Origin: Candidatus Zhuqueibacterota bacterium
Lineage (GTDB): Bacteria > Zhuqueibacterota > Zhuqueibacteria > Residuimicrobiales > Krinioviventaceae
Length of the DNA stretch: 64,000 nt
Reading direction: 5' to 3'
Assembly: GCA_016929295.1 (NCBI GenBank)
Contig: JAFGJB010000008.1
Coordinates: 12,917 to 76,916, forward strand
Shown: positions 1 through 8,695 of the stretch, one piece after another
How the letters are laid out: each line of letters opens with the position of its first letter
How positions within the stretch are numbered: position 1 is the first letter of the stretch
The notes under the pieces: model-generated
Told to the model about the DNA's origin: nothing
The model's database searches: none
Seen by the model: the letters and a program-made list of their open reading frames with translations, nothing else
Program-made: the position numbers and the translations under genes

Positions 1-672
1 TTGGCTCAGGTTGATGGCCGGATTATTGAAAAATATTTCGCCGGTTAATTCCGTGAAAATTTGCACAGATCGAATTGCCAATTTCATGCCAATACCGCCG
101 ATCAACTGGTCGGTTTCGCCGGCAACTATTTTTTTGCCGATGTCATGGCTTCTATATCCCGCATTGAGCGTGATTTTGACCGGGAGTGGCGATGCTGCCC
201 GGCGAAAATCGAGCGTCAACAGGCCCAGGAGTGCATAACCAACAGCGCCCTCACTATAGGGTTCATAGGCAAGCGGATGCATGCGCGCCGTGGGGAAATC
301 TGCAAAAGTGACGATGCCAAACTGCGGCGAACCCGGAATCGTTATTTTAAGACCAATTTTAGTGTCTCCCGGGGGTCCTATGACATGCACCTGATCCGAC
401 TGGTAAGGTACGAGATGGGCAAATGCTTCAAATCGTCTGCTTATTCCAAGCGTCAGACCGAGATTTATCGTATAGTCTTTTGCCAGTATGGCGGTATTGG
501 GAATTTTTGTGACGAAAAATGTGCCAAAGGGATTGAGATAAAAATCTCCCGCCGTTATTGTCTCCGCTTCGTAGAGACGAAGCATGCCTTTTCCACCCGT
601 CATGGTGACCTGGCTCAAAAGGCGTACGCTCAAAAGAATGTATAGTGCGAATATGTAAGGCTGTGATTTCAA
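1..672 (-). CDS. Outer-membrane beta-barrel protein (OMP/porin-like), partial; the C-terminus lies beyond the window start
   Basis: The minus-strand frame is open from about 672 to position 1. With a TTG start at 670-672 (GAGAG SD-like 8 nt upstream) the N-terminus is MKSQPYIFALYILLSVRLLSQV, a signal-peptide-like stretch. It continues with alternating hydrophobic beta-strand-like segments (KIGLKITIPGSPQFGIVTF, VKITLNAGYRSHDIG). It was absent from the ORF track because it is partial. The antisense plus ORF 61..645 is Cys/Arg-rich and judged spurious. Confidence 0.5.
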   Translation of the reverse strand, partial: MKSQPYIFALYILLSVRLLSQVTMTGGKGMLRLYEAETITAGDFYLNPFGTFFVTKIPNTAILAKDYTINLGLTLGISRRFEAFAHLVPYQSDQVHVIGPPGDTKIGLKITIPGSPQFGIVTFADFPTARMHPLAYEPYSEGAVGYALLGLLTLDFRRAASPLPVKITLNAGYRSHDIGKKIVAGETDQLIGGIGMKLAIRSVQIFTELTGEIFFNNPAINLSQ

Positions 673-788
673 TGGCGCTCTCTGTTCAAGATACTGAACA
701 TCTAATGTACAGGTTGGATGGCTAAGAATCAACTTGTTTTTAAAGGGCTATTGCGGCCGAAAGCAGATGGCCCATGGCGCACTAGGGA

Positions 789-1244
789 TCAATCAGCGCT
801 GTCTTGCGGGAGCTTGAGTGCCGGGCGGCCGGCGCGATATCGCAGCCAGTTGATCGATTGATGCACCGGCTCGCGCGTGACAAACCATCGTTCAAAACGG
901 AATTTCCCGGGAAAATCGATCAGCATCAGGCCGATGAACATGGTCAACAGGCCTTGCCCCGGCAGAACGAGCATTATGACGCCGGCAAAAAGCAGGATGG
1001 AACCAAGGATATTTTTGCCCAGGAGCAAAAAAACTCTGAGCGCCGGATGCAGCGTGAGCCAGGGCTTGCGACGACGACCCTGATGAGCGAAATAATTGGC
1101 CGGCAAACGGATGATCAGGATGGGCATCAGAATCAGCGTGCCGGTGAACGTGAGGACAGATGTCACGCCCAAGATCAAGAGTAAAATGTTATTGTTGCGA
1201 ACCCAGTTCAGCAGCGCGTTCAGTAAGCAAGATGGATCACTCAT
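789..1244 (-). CDS. Small multi-pass membrane protein, possibly PGPGW-type
   Basis: 151-154 aa with three or four hydrophobic helices and an LVLPGQGLL...FPGK motif. Start is ATG at 1244 or GTG at 1253. It lies 2 nt downstream of the dehydrogenase stop, so is probably co-transcribed. Confidence 0.45.
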   Translation of the reverse strand: MSDPSCLLNALLNWVRNNNILLLILGVTSVLTFTGTLILMPILIIRLPANYFAHQGRRRKPWLTLHPALRVFLLLGKNILGSILLFAGVIMLVLPGQGLLTMFIGLMLIDFPGKFRFERWFVTREPVHQSINWLRYRAGRPALKLPQDSAD

Positions 1245-1246
1245 CT

Positions 1247-2140
1247 TCACCACCGTTGGCTTTGCTTGCCGGCGAGCCGTTCGATCGATTTAAGCAACGC
1301 CTGCGTACCCTCCTTACCCTCACCATGCGCCTGATTGCTGACGAACAGTTGATGCACGAGGCTCAGCGCCGGCGTGGCGACGAGCAGATCGCGGGCCGCC
1401 TCCAGAGCTAATTTCAGGTCTTTTTGTTGCAGATCGATCATAAAGCCGGGCGCAAAATCACGATTTACCATTTTAGCGCCGAGGTTGGCGAGTTGCCAGG
1501 ATCCGGCAGCGCCGTCCTTTGTTGCTTCGATCATGATGCGCGGATTGACGCCGGATGCTCTGGCGAACGTCACGGCCTCGCATACGGCCATATTTGTCAC
1601 CGAGACAAGAATCTGATTGCATAGCTTGACCGTCTGACCCATGCCGTTCGTCCCCACATGGGTGATGGCTTTCCCCATGGCCTGCAAGATCGGCAGGCAT
1701 CTTTCGAATACTGTATTATCGCCGCCGACCATAATGGCCAGGGTGGCGTTGATCGCGCCGGTGTCGCCGCCGCTGACCGGTGCATCGAGCATATCGACGC
1801 CGTTTTCAGCGAGGGCCAAAGCGATGTCGCGTGTGACAGCAGGTGAGATGGTGCTCATATCAATGACAACGCTGCCCGATTGCGCGCCCCGGATGACGCC
1901 CCGCTCACCCAGAATCACCTCCTGTACATCCGGCGAGTCGGACACCATGATGATGATGACGTCCGACCGGCTCGCCACCTGCTCCGGTGAGGATGCTGCG
2001 TCAGCTCCTGCCGCTGTCACCTCCGCGATCTTGGCGGCCGTGCGGTTCCATGCTGTCACTGCAAAGCCGGCTTTTAACAAGTTGAGACACATGGGCCTGC
2101 CCATGATGCCGAGCCCGATGAATCCAATCCTATCCATCAT
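1247..2140 (-). CDS. NAD(P)-binding 3-hydroxyisobutyrate / 2-hydroxy-3-oxopropionate (tartronate semialdehyde) reductase-family dehydrogenase
   Basis: 297 aa. N-terminal Rossmann motif IGFIGLGIMG and a 6PGDH-like C-terminal domain typical of the MmsB/GarR/GlxR family. GGAGA SD 5 nt upstream. Confidence 0.8.
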   Translation of the reverse strand: MMDRIGFIGLGIMGRPMCLNLLKAGFAVTAWNRTAAKIAEVTAAGADAASSPEQVASRSDVIIIMVSDSPDVQEVILGERGVIRGAQSGSVVIDMSTISPAVTRDIALALAENGVDMLDAPVSGGDTGAINATLAIMVGGDNTVFERCLPILQAMGKAITHVGTNGMGQTVKLCNQILVSVTNMAVCEAVTFARASGVNPRIMIEATKDGAAGSWQLANLGAKMVNRDFAPGFMIDLQQKDLKLALEAARDLLVATPALSLVHQLFVSNQAHGEGKEGTQALLKSIERLAGKQSQRW

Positions 2141-2205
2141 ATCTCCATTATATACAACTGTTATTTCTTTTCTTGTTCTTTGTATGCTCTATTCCGTATC
2201 CCTGT

Positions 2206-3444
2206 CTAGAACAAATCGATGAGCGCAAAATAGGTCGTCAGTAGCGAGAATAACACCACCGCTGCCAATCCACAGTTCAGTTTTGCAGTCGCTTTGTGAT
2301 TCTTCAAGAGTTCTTTGTCATTGATCAATATGAAGATCGGGATGGCCACGGCCGGCAGAATGCACGCCTGAAAGGCTTGCGAAAAAATCATCATCGCCGG
2401 CGGTTGGCGCTGCAGAATCTCCAGGCCAAAGCAGAACAAAAGGCCGATGAATCCGAGAATGCGGTAAAGCGGCGACCGTATATCTCGCGGTCGTCCCGTG
2501 TAATCGGATACCAGCCACGGTGCGATGAGGATGATCGGAAAAATCGTCGACAGTCCGGCAGCAGCAATGCCGAAAATGAGAATGAAGGCGGCGATTTTTC
2601 CGCCGATGGGTTGAAAGAGATGGATCATTTCAACGGTGTTTTCGAGTTCCATTCCCATGACGTGCAATGTCCCCGCACTCACTGCCATGATAATGCCGCT
2701 GAGGAAGAGCATGGACGTCGCCGAGACAAAAGCGTCCTTTTTTTCGGTATCGAGATCCGCGGCGGTCCATCCTTTTTCAGCGACGACGATGCTGCGGATG
2801 ATGAAGACAGCGGCCGAACAGGTTGTCCCCGCCATGGCCGCAACGAGTGCGAAAGCGCCCGGTTCGTCCGGCACGCGCGGCACAAGTCCGGTCAGTAAAG
2901 CGGTGAAACTCGGTCTGACCATAAAAAAGACGACGATGAAACAGAGTCCCATTAAAATGACAAAAAATGTCAGAACTCGCTCAAAATGGTGATAGCGTCC
3001 GTGCCACAAGAGAGCGTACATAGTGACGACGAGAATGACTATGATCCAGAATCTACTCAGACCTGTATAGCCCCACTGCAGTCGCACGCCCTCCTGCAGG
3101 AGATCAGCGACGATGCCGGTGACCCCCATGAGGGCGAGCAGCTCGCCGAGGATGAGAGCAATCATAATATAGAGCGCCAAAATATTGCCATATTTCCATC
3201 GCGTCTTTATGTTAAAGAGGGCGGTTCGGCCGGTCACCAGAGTGACTTTTCCGTATGCCACCATGAGCACATAGGTGAAGATGCAGGATAGCAGAAGCGC
3301 CCAGAACAGGGCCATGCCGTATTTAGCGCCGGATCTGGCCATTGTCGTCACGCTGCCCGTCCCGATGTTGTAGCCAATGAGGAACAAACCGGGTCCTATG
3401 GCGGAGAGTGCAATCAGGAGTTTGTTGCTGGTTTTGGCGGACAT
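2206..3444 (-). CDS. Nramp-related (SLC11-fold) membrane transporter with a non-canonical substrate site
   Basis: 412 aa, about 11 TM. The N-terminal region IGPGLFLIGYNIGTGSVTTMARSGAKYGMALFWALLLS aligns to MntH [38 protein letters not shown], but DPGN is replaced by NIGT, and the TM6 A-x-x-MPH region is not recognisable. Confidence 0.6.
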   Translation of the reverse strand: MSAKTSNKLLIALSAIGPGLFLIGYNIGTGSVTTMARSGAKYGMALFWALLLSCIFTYVLMVAYGKVTLVTGRTALFNIKTRWKYGNILALYIMIALILGELLALMGVTGIVADLLQEGVRLQWGYTGLSRFWIIVILVVTMYALLWHGRYHHFERVLTFFVILMGLCFIVVFFMVRPSFTALLTGLVPRVPDEPGAFALVAAMAGTTCSAAVFIIRSIVVAEKGWTAADLDTEKKDAFVSATSMLFLSGIIMAVSAGTLHVMGMELENTVEMIHLFQPIGGKIAAFILIFGIAAAGLSTIFPIILIAPWLVSDYTGRPRDIRSPLYRILGFIGLLFCFGLEILQRQPPAMMIFSQAFQACILPAVAIPIFILINDKELLKNHKATAKLNCGLAAVVLFSLLTTYFALIDLF

Positions 3445-3872
3445 GAGTTACTCTTCATTTCAATTCTCTCCACTCTAATAACTTGGCGCGGCCTCCGGCT
3501 GCAACCAAAAAGCCAAGACCGCCGAGGGCGCAGAGCCACGCAGAGAAAAATTCCAAGATATTCTTTCATATTCTTTTTAATCGACAAATATCAATGTACT
3601 GAATCCTTCAGAAGAAATCCTGCAGGAAGACACAAGGTATCACAATAAAAAGCAAAATTAGTCCATTGTGTTTTCATGTTTTGATTTTCTCGGCGCTTCT
3701 TTGCGGTCTCTGCGGTTTTCTTTTTCATATGATCTAAAACTTTGTTAATAAAACACGATGTTGTCACCTTGTAGCACAAAGTAGACTTGATTCGGTATTG
3801 TCCTGTCAGATTGGACGCGGTCGAGTTGAAGACGTCACACGATCTGTGAGCACAGCTTGTCTTGCCAAAGAA

Positions 3873-5099
3873 TCAGTCCGCTGAAAACACCTCTGCGCCC
3901 GCTAAAATGGTCCGCATCACTTTCAATTTGCCATCTTGCAGGCTAAATACGACCAGGTCAGCGCGTTTTCCGGGCCGCAATTCCCCGCGATCGTCCAGAC
4001 CAAAATGGCGCGCCTGATTGCGCGTTGCCATGTGAATGGCGTCGGCAAGAGAGCAATGCGTCCAGGCCATGATGTTTTGTACACCATGTCCGATGGGCAG
4101 GGATGCTCCGGCCAGGACGTTTTGCTCCGGATATTTAATGAGACCGTCCGGCGTCATGACCACTTTTTTCCCGCCCGCCAGGTATTCGCCCGGCGGCAAT
4201 CCCGCCAGGTCGAGCGCGTCAGAGATGAGCAATACGCGCTCGGCGCCCTTGACTTTGTAAAAAGTCCGCACTTCTTCAGGACGCAGATGATGTCCGTCCA
4301 CAATGAGAGAAGGGGAGAGGCGATCGTCGCTGAGTTGCGGCCACAAGGGATTGTCATGGCGATGGATCATGTTGGCGCAACCGTTCCCTAAATGCGTCGA
4401 TATCGATGCCCCGGCATCGACGGCTCTTTTGATCTGTTCGGCATTGGCGGCTGTGTGGCCGATCGCGACAACCATGCCGCGGCTGACGGCTGCTTCGATC
4501 AAATCGATGGCGCCCTCGAGCTCGGGAGCGAGGGTGAGGAGAAGAATCTTGCCATCAGCCGCCGCGTCGTATTCCAGGAATTGCGCCACGTCGGCCTGGC
4601 GGACGAATTCTTTCAAGTGAGCGCCACGAAAGCCGTCTTCGGATGATATATATGGCCCTTCAAGATGAAATCCGGGTATGGATAGCCCAATATCCTCCTC
4701 CAGAGCTGCTTTCGCCAATATCACAAAATTGGCCTTTATGCGTTCGTGGCTGTTTGTAATGATGGTGGGAAAGAACGTCGTCACGCCATTTTCCCACAGC
4801 GCCCGCGTTGCTTGACGAATATTCTCTAATGACAAATTTTCACCGCTGAAATCGATCGATGCATAACCGTTGATCTGAATGTCGATAAAGCCGGGAGCAA
4901 TATAATCCAAATGGTCCTTCTGCGACTCTGGCAAGCGAACGATCCTGGAGATGACGCCGTCATCTATTTCGATACGGATTGGCGACTGATCGAGGTAAAA
5001 CAGACCTTCTACGGACTGTACGATATCTCCCATGGCAAGGAGCGCGGAATGGATGATGAAAGTACCAATGATGATGAGCCTCTTCATGTGCAACTCCAT
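3873..5099 (-). CDS. nagA: N-acetylglucosamine-6-phosphate deacetylase-like amidohydrolase (NagA family) with an N-terminal hydrophobic extension
   Basis: NagA hallmarks GFIDIQINGY, HLEGPYIS, AIGHTAAN and DGHH. The probable start is MKRL at 5087. The first roughly 20 aa (MKRLIIIGTFIIHSALLA) look like a signal peptide or anchor. Confidence 0.8.
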   Translation of the reverse strand: MELHMKRLIIIGTFIIHSALLAMGDIVQSVEGLFYLDQSPIRIEIDDGVISRIVRLPESQKDHLDYIAPGFIDIQINGYASIDFSGENLSLENIRQATRALWENGVTTFFPTIITNSHERIKANFVILAKAALEEDIGLSIPGFHLEGPYISSEDGFRGAHLKEFVRQADVAQFLEYDAAADGKILLLTLAPELEGAIDLIEAAVSRGMVVAIGHTAANAEQIKRAVDAGASISTHLGNGCANMIHRHDNPLWPQLSDDRLSPSLIVDGHHLRPEEVRTFYKVKGAERVLLISDALDLAGLPPGEYLAGGKKVVMTPDGLIKYPEQNVLAGASLPIGHGVQNIMAWTHCSLADAIHMATRNQARHFGLDDRGELRPGKRADLVVFSLQDGKLKVMRTILAGAEVFSAD

Positions 5100-5417
5100 A
5101 ATATTTCATAAATCATAATCTTCATGCTCCTATGCTCGGCAGGGACGTTCGCGCTGCAACTCGCCGGACAAAATTGCGGCGATCGATGATCTTTATCACC
5201 AAAAACCTCCGTCGGACAGGTTCGCGAAACCAACCGGCACAAAATGGCATTGTTTTGCGACTTTTGCAAGAATAAAGTTGACGAGAAATTGCCCCTTTGA
5301 ATGCAGGGCTATCTATTAATCATTTGTTTTCAGCAATGCAATTGGTATATTCGCAAAAGTGACCGAGTGGATTGAACATAAAGCACGTGCTGAGCAAATC
5401 AAACGGTTAAGATTTCA

Positions 5418-6464
5418 ATGAAAAATATCTTTGCCAAACTCACGCCGGGCGTGGCCAAAGAGGTTGCGCTCGCCCGAGTTCTGCAGGCCCTGACTTTCAA
5501 AAGGGTGTGGAACGCTCTCGTCAACGTGCTTTCTTTCCTCATCTCGGCTATCAGCAAAAAGCCGGTCGTCTGGGGCTACCCACCCATCGTCAACATCGAA
5601 CCAACGAACATTTGCAATCTAAGGTGTCCCCTCTGCGTCACCGGCAGCCGGGCGATGAAACGCCCGCGCGGTCATATGGATTACCGCCATTTTAAGAAAT
5701 TTATCGATCAGGTGGCGGAAAAGATCATTTATCTCACTTTGTACCATCAGGGCGAGCCCTACCTTCACCGGCAATTCAATGATATGGTGGCCTATGCCAA
5801 ATCCAAAGGTCTCTATGTCGCCACGAGCACAAATGGCCATTTTTTTTCGCCGGAGATGGCCGCGGCAGTTGTGCAGAGCGGACTGGACAGCATGATCATT
5901 TCTCTTGATGGCGTCACCCAGGAGAGCTATGCAAAATATCGCGTGCTCGGTCAGCTTGACACAGTACTGGATGGCATTCGCAATCTGGTGGCTGCAAAAA
6001 AAAAGGCAAAGAGCAAGGTGCCCCGGCTTTTTTTGCAGTTCCTGGTGATGCGGCAGAATGAGCACGAAATTGACGCGGTGAGACGACTGGCCAAAGAACT
6101 CGGTGTGGATCGACTGCTCATCAAGACGGCTCAGGTGACGACGCTGGCAGAAGCAAAAAAATGGCTGCCGGAAAACGATCGCTATCGTCGCTACGAATTG
6201 ACGAACGATGCCTGGCGAGTCAAGCGCGGGCAAGGTGTGTGCCCTCGGCTATGGATGACGACGCTCATCGATTGGGATGGACAGGTCGTACCCTGTTGTT
6301 TTGACAAGAATGGCGACTATGCGATGGGTGATCTGGCAAAAGGCTGTTTTGATGACATCTGGCGAGAGCAAAGATATCGCGATTTTCGTCAGCGAATGCT
6401 GAACGATCGCAATTCAATCGACATATGCAGAAATTGTAATTATGGCATCGGCTTGTTCAAGTAG
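5418..6464 (+). CDS. Radical SAM enzyme with a C-terminal SPASM/twitch-like Cys-rich domain
   Basis: CX3CX2C motif EPTNICNLRCPLC and a GEP motif. The C-terminus has at least 7 Cys (CPRLW...VPCCFD...GCFDD...ICRNCNYG). There is a roughly 60-aa N-terminal extension before the cluster motif. Confidence 0.8.
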   Translation: MKNIFAKLTPGVAKEVALARVLQALTFKRVWNALVNVLSFLISAISKKPVVWGYPPIVNIEPTNICNLRCPLCVTGSRAMKRPRGHMDYRHFKKFIDQVAEKIIYLTLYHQGEPYLHRQFNDMVAYAKSKGLYVATSTNGHFFSPEMAAAVVQSGLDSMIISLDGVTQESYAKYRVLGQLDTVLDGIRNLVAAKKKAKSKVPRLFLQFLVMRQNEHEIDAVRRLAKELGVDRLLIKTAQVTTLAEAKKWLPENDRYRRYELTNDAWRVKRGQGVCPRLWMTTLIDWDGQVVPCCFDKNGDYAMGDLAKGCFDDIWREQRYRDFRQRMLNDRNSIDICRNCNYGIGLFK

Positions 6465-6476
6465 GACGGACCCAAG

Positions 6477-7310
6477 ATGAAGGAAAATTCTGACGATTCT
6501 TTTTATCGAGAGTTTCACAGCAAGCTCACTTATAACAATCCGGAAAAACTAAAGATCGCCCGTGAGATGCTGGAGCGCTACACCGGATCAGCCATTGATG
6601 ATTTTCAGAAATATATTCTGCTGACGAATTTCGATAAATATATCGATGTATTTGCACGACGATATCGGAGTGCAAAGCAAACGGGATCGATGTGGTCTGC
6701 CGTACATAGCCGGGAAAGTCATGTGACGATGATTGATTTCAAAATCGGCGCGCCCACCGCCGCTCTGGTGATAGAGTTGTTGAGCGTCATTGAACCACAG
6801 GCGGTGCTGTTTCTGGGCATGTGCGGCGGATTGCATGAATCTCTGCTGGTGGGCGATTTCATCCTGCCGATGGCCGCCATTCGTGATGAAGGCGTATCGC
6901 ATCATTTCATTCTGCCGCAGGTGCCGTCTTTGCCAACCTTTAAGATTCAAAAGTTTGTCAGCCAGATGCTGGTTGAGGAAGGGCTGGATTATCGCACTGG
7001 TGTCGTCCATACGACTGACTATCGATTTTGGGAATTTGATGAGATTTTTAAGAGAAAGCTGTATGAAGAGCGCGCCATCGCCATAGAAATGGAATCAGCG
7101 GCGCTGTTTTCGGTCGGATTTGTCAGCAAAGTGCCGATCGGCGCCTTGCTGCTGGTGTCGGATTTGCCGCTGCAGAGGGGCGGGATAAAGACAAAAGCCT
7201 CAGCGAAAGCCGTGTTTGCATCCTATACGGAGCTGCACATCAATATTGGCATAAAGGCCATCACTGAAATTCAGAACAAGGGTGAGCATATCAGACACTA
7301 TCGCTGGTAG
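6477..7310 (+). CDS. AMP nucleosidase-family (PNP_UDP_1 fold) protein, short form lacking most of the Amn N-terminal regulatory domain
   Basis: 277 aa. YILLTNFDKYIDVF, AIAIEMESAALFSVGFVSKVPIGALLLVSDLP and HINIGIKAI match E. coli Amn motifs (LLTNFssYV, AIALDMESAT..VPYGTLLCVSD, HLQIGIKA). It starts 13 nt after the radical SAM gene. Confidence 0.7.
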   Translation: MKENSDDSFYREFHSKLTYNNPEKLKIAREMLERYTGSAIDDFQKYILLTNFDKYIDVFARRYRSAKQTGSMWSAVHSRESHVTMIDFKIGAPTAALVIELLSVIEPQAVLFLGMCGGLHESLLVGDFILPMAAIRDEGVSHHFILPQVPSLPTFKIQKFVSQMLVEEGLDYRTGVVHTTDYRFWEFDEIFKRKLYEERAIAIEMESAALFSVGFVSKVPIGALLLVSDLPLQRGGIKTKASAKAVFASYTELHINIGIKAITEIQNKGEHIRHYRW

Positions 7311-8464
7311 TGCGAGAGTCGTTCGATCCCCGTTTTTATGTTATCGAGCGAATTCGCATAGGAAAAGCGTAAAAATCCCTCCGCGTTGCTGCCAAAATCA
7401 ATGCCGGGATCAAGCGCCACATGCACCTTTTCCAGAATATCAAAAGCAAGATTGTATGAATTGCTATCCAGATGTCGAGCGTCTGCGAGGATATAAAATG
7501 CTCCCCTGGGTTCAAAGGCGATATTAAAACCCAGGCCGGGGAGTTGATCCAGCAGATAACGGCGTCTTATGTCATACGTTTTCACCATCTCGTCGAGTTC
7601 GGGGTGATAGTCATTCAACGCCGATACGCCGGCCCATTGCGCGATCGAACTGGCGCATATGAAAAGATTTTGCTGTGATTTTTGTATCGGTCTGATGTAC
7701 GCTGTTGGCGCAATGATATAGCCGAGACGGAATCCGGTCATCGCATAATATTTGGAAAAACCGTTGAGAACAAAAGCACGATCGGTGTATTCCAGGATCG
7801 AATGTTCCTTCTCTCCGTACACCAGGCCGTGATAGATTTCGTCGGAGATGATCAGCTGGCCGAGGTCGGCCAGTTCCTGCATGTTCATCGGTGGCATGAG
7901 TGTGCCGGTCGGATTGGCCGGGCTGTTGATAATGATGGCTTTTGTCTTTGCTGAGATATGTTTTGTCACCAGATTCGCATCGAGAATAAAGCCGTTCGCG
8001 GCATCGACCGGAATCTCAATCACTTTGCCGCCGAGGAAACGGATAAAATTGGGGTAGCACGCGTATGCCGGATTTGACAGTATAATCTCGTCGCCCGGAT
8101 TGAGCAAAGTGGCCAGCACCAGAAGCAGCGCCGGAGATGTGCCCTGAGTGATGATGATTTGATCCGGATCTATTTGCACTCCGTAACGTCTCCTGTAGTG
8201 ATCCGATATCGCGCAACGCAACTGGAGAATACCCAGGCTATGGGTGTAATGCGTCTCCCCGCGTTCGAGCGCGTCAATGGCCGCTCGCTTCACTTTGGCG
8301 GGCGGCGCAAAATCCGGTTCGCCCACTTCCATATGAATGATGTGATGGCCCGCTGCTTCGAGCGCTTTGGCGCGCTCAAGAACATCCATGACAAGAAACG
8401 GCGGAATATCGCGTGACCGTTGAGAGATCATCCTGCTCCTCATGTTGTTTTCCACTGCTGTCAA
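7298..8464 (-). CDS. Pyridoxal-phosphate-dependent aminotransferase, class I/II (AspAT-like)
   Basis: 388 aa with GEPDF, NPTG and the PLP-lysine motif FSKYYAMTGFRLGY. Alternative starts are at 8443 or 8431. It is convergent with the amn-like gene and overlaps it by 13 nt. Confidence 0.85.
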   Translation of the reverse strand: MTAVENNMRSRMISQRSRDIPPFLVMDVLERAKALEAAGHHIIHMEVGEPDFAPPAKVKRAAIDALERGETHYTHSLGILQLRCAISDHYRRRYGVQIDPDQIIITQGTSPALLLVLATLLNPGDEIILSNPAYACYPNFIRFLGGKVIEIPVDAANGFILDANLVTKHISAKTKAIIINSPANPTGTLMPPMNMQELADLGQLIISDEIYHGLVYGEKEHSILEYTDRAFVLNGFSKYYAMTGFRLGYIIAPTAYIRPIQKSQQNLFICASSIAQWAGVSALNDYHPELDEMVKTYDIRRRYLLDQLPGLGFNIAFEPRGAFYILADARHLDSNSYNLAFDILEKVHVALDPGIDFGSNAEGFLRFSYANSLDNIKTGIERLSHYQR

Positions 8465-8509
8465 TATAACTTATCTCTCTTTCGATTGCAAGACCCAATA
8501 TGATCGTCA

Positions 8510-8538
8510 TTGACATTCATTTATATTTTCGATATATT
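8510..8538 (+). promoter_or_regulatory. Sigma70-like promoter (TTGACA-17-TATATT) upstream of hppA, followed by a roughly 150-nt leader
   Basis: TTGACA at 8510-8515, a 17-nt spacer and TATATT at 8533-8538. The leader contains the hairpin GCCATCTT-N6-AAGATGGC and a 29-codon uORF (8589..8678). Confidence 0.5.
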
Positions 8539-8695
8539 CTGCAGTTTTATTCGAAAAAATCCACCATAGCTAGAGTCCGTCACTGGAATGAGGCCATCTT
8601 TTACGCAAAGATGGCAGATGCGCCGTCGAGCATCCATGATGAACATCGACTTGCATCGTGTCAGAACAATGATAAAATAAACAGCTAAAGGAGAA

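Noticed and set aside
61-645. 194-aa plus-strand ORF
   Set aside because: It is Cys/Arg-rich with no recognisable domain. It lies fully antisense to a much more protein-like minus-strand frame (signal peptide plus OMP-like beta-strands), so it is treated as a shadow ORF.
3445-3872. Possible Mn2+ (yybP-ykoY) riboswitch upstream of the Nramp-like gene
   Set aside because: No recognisable conserved yybP-ykoY sequence blocks were seen, only a GC-rich imperfect inverted repeat. In addition, the transporter lacks the Mn-binding motifs.
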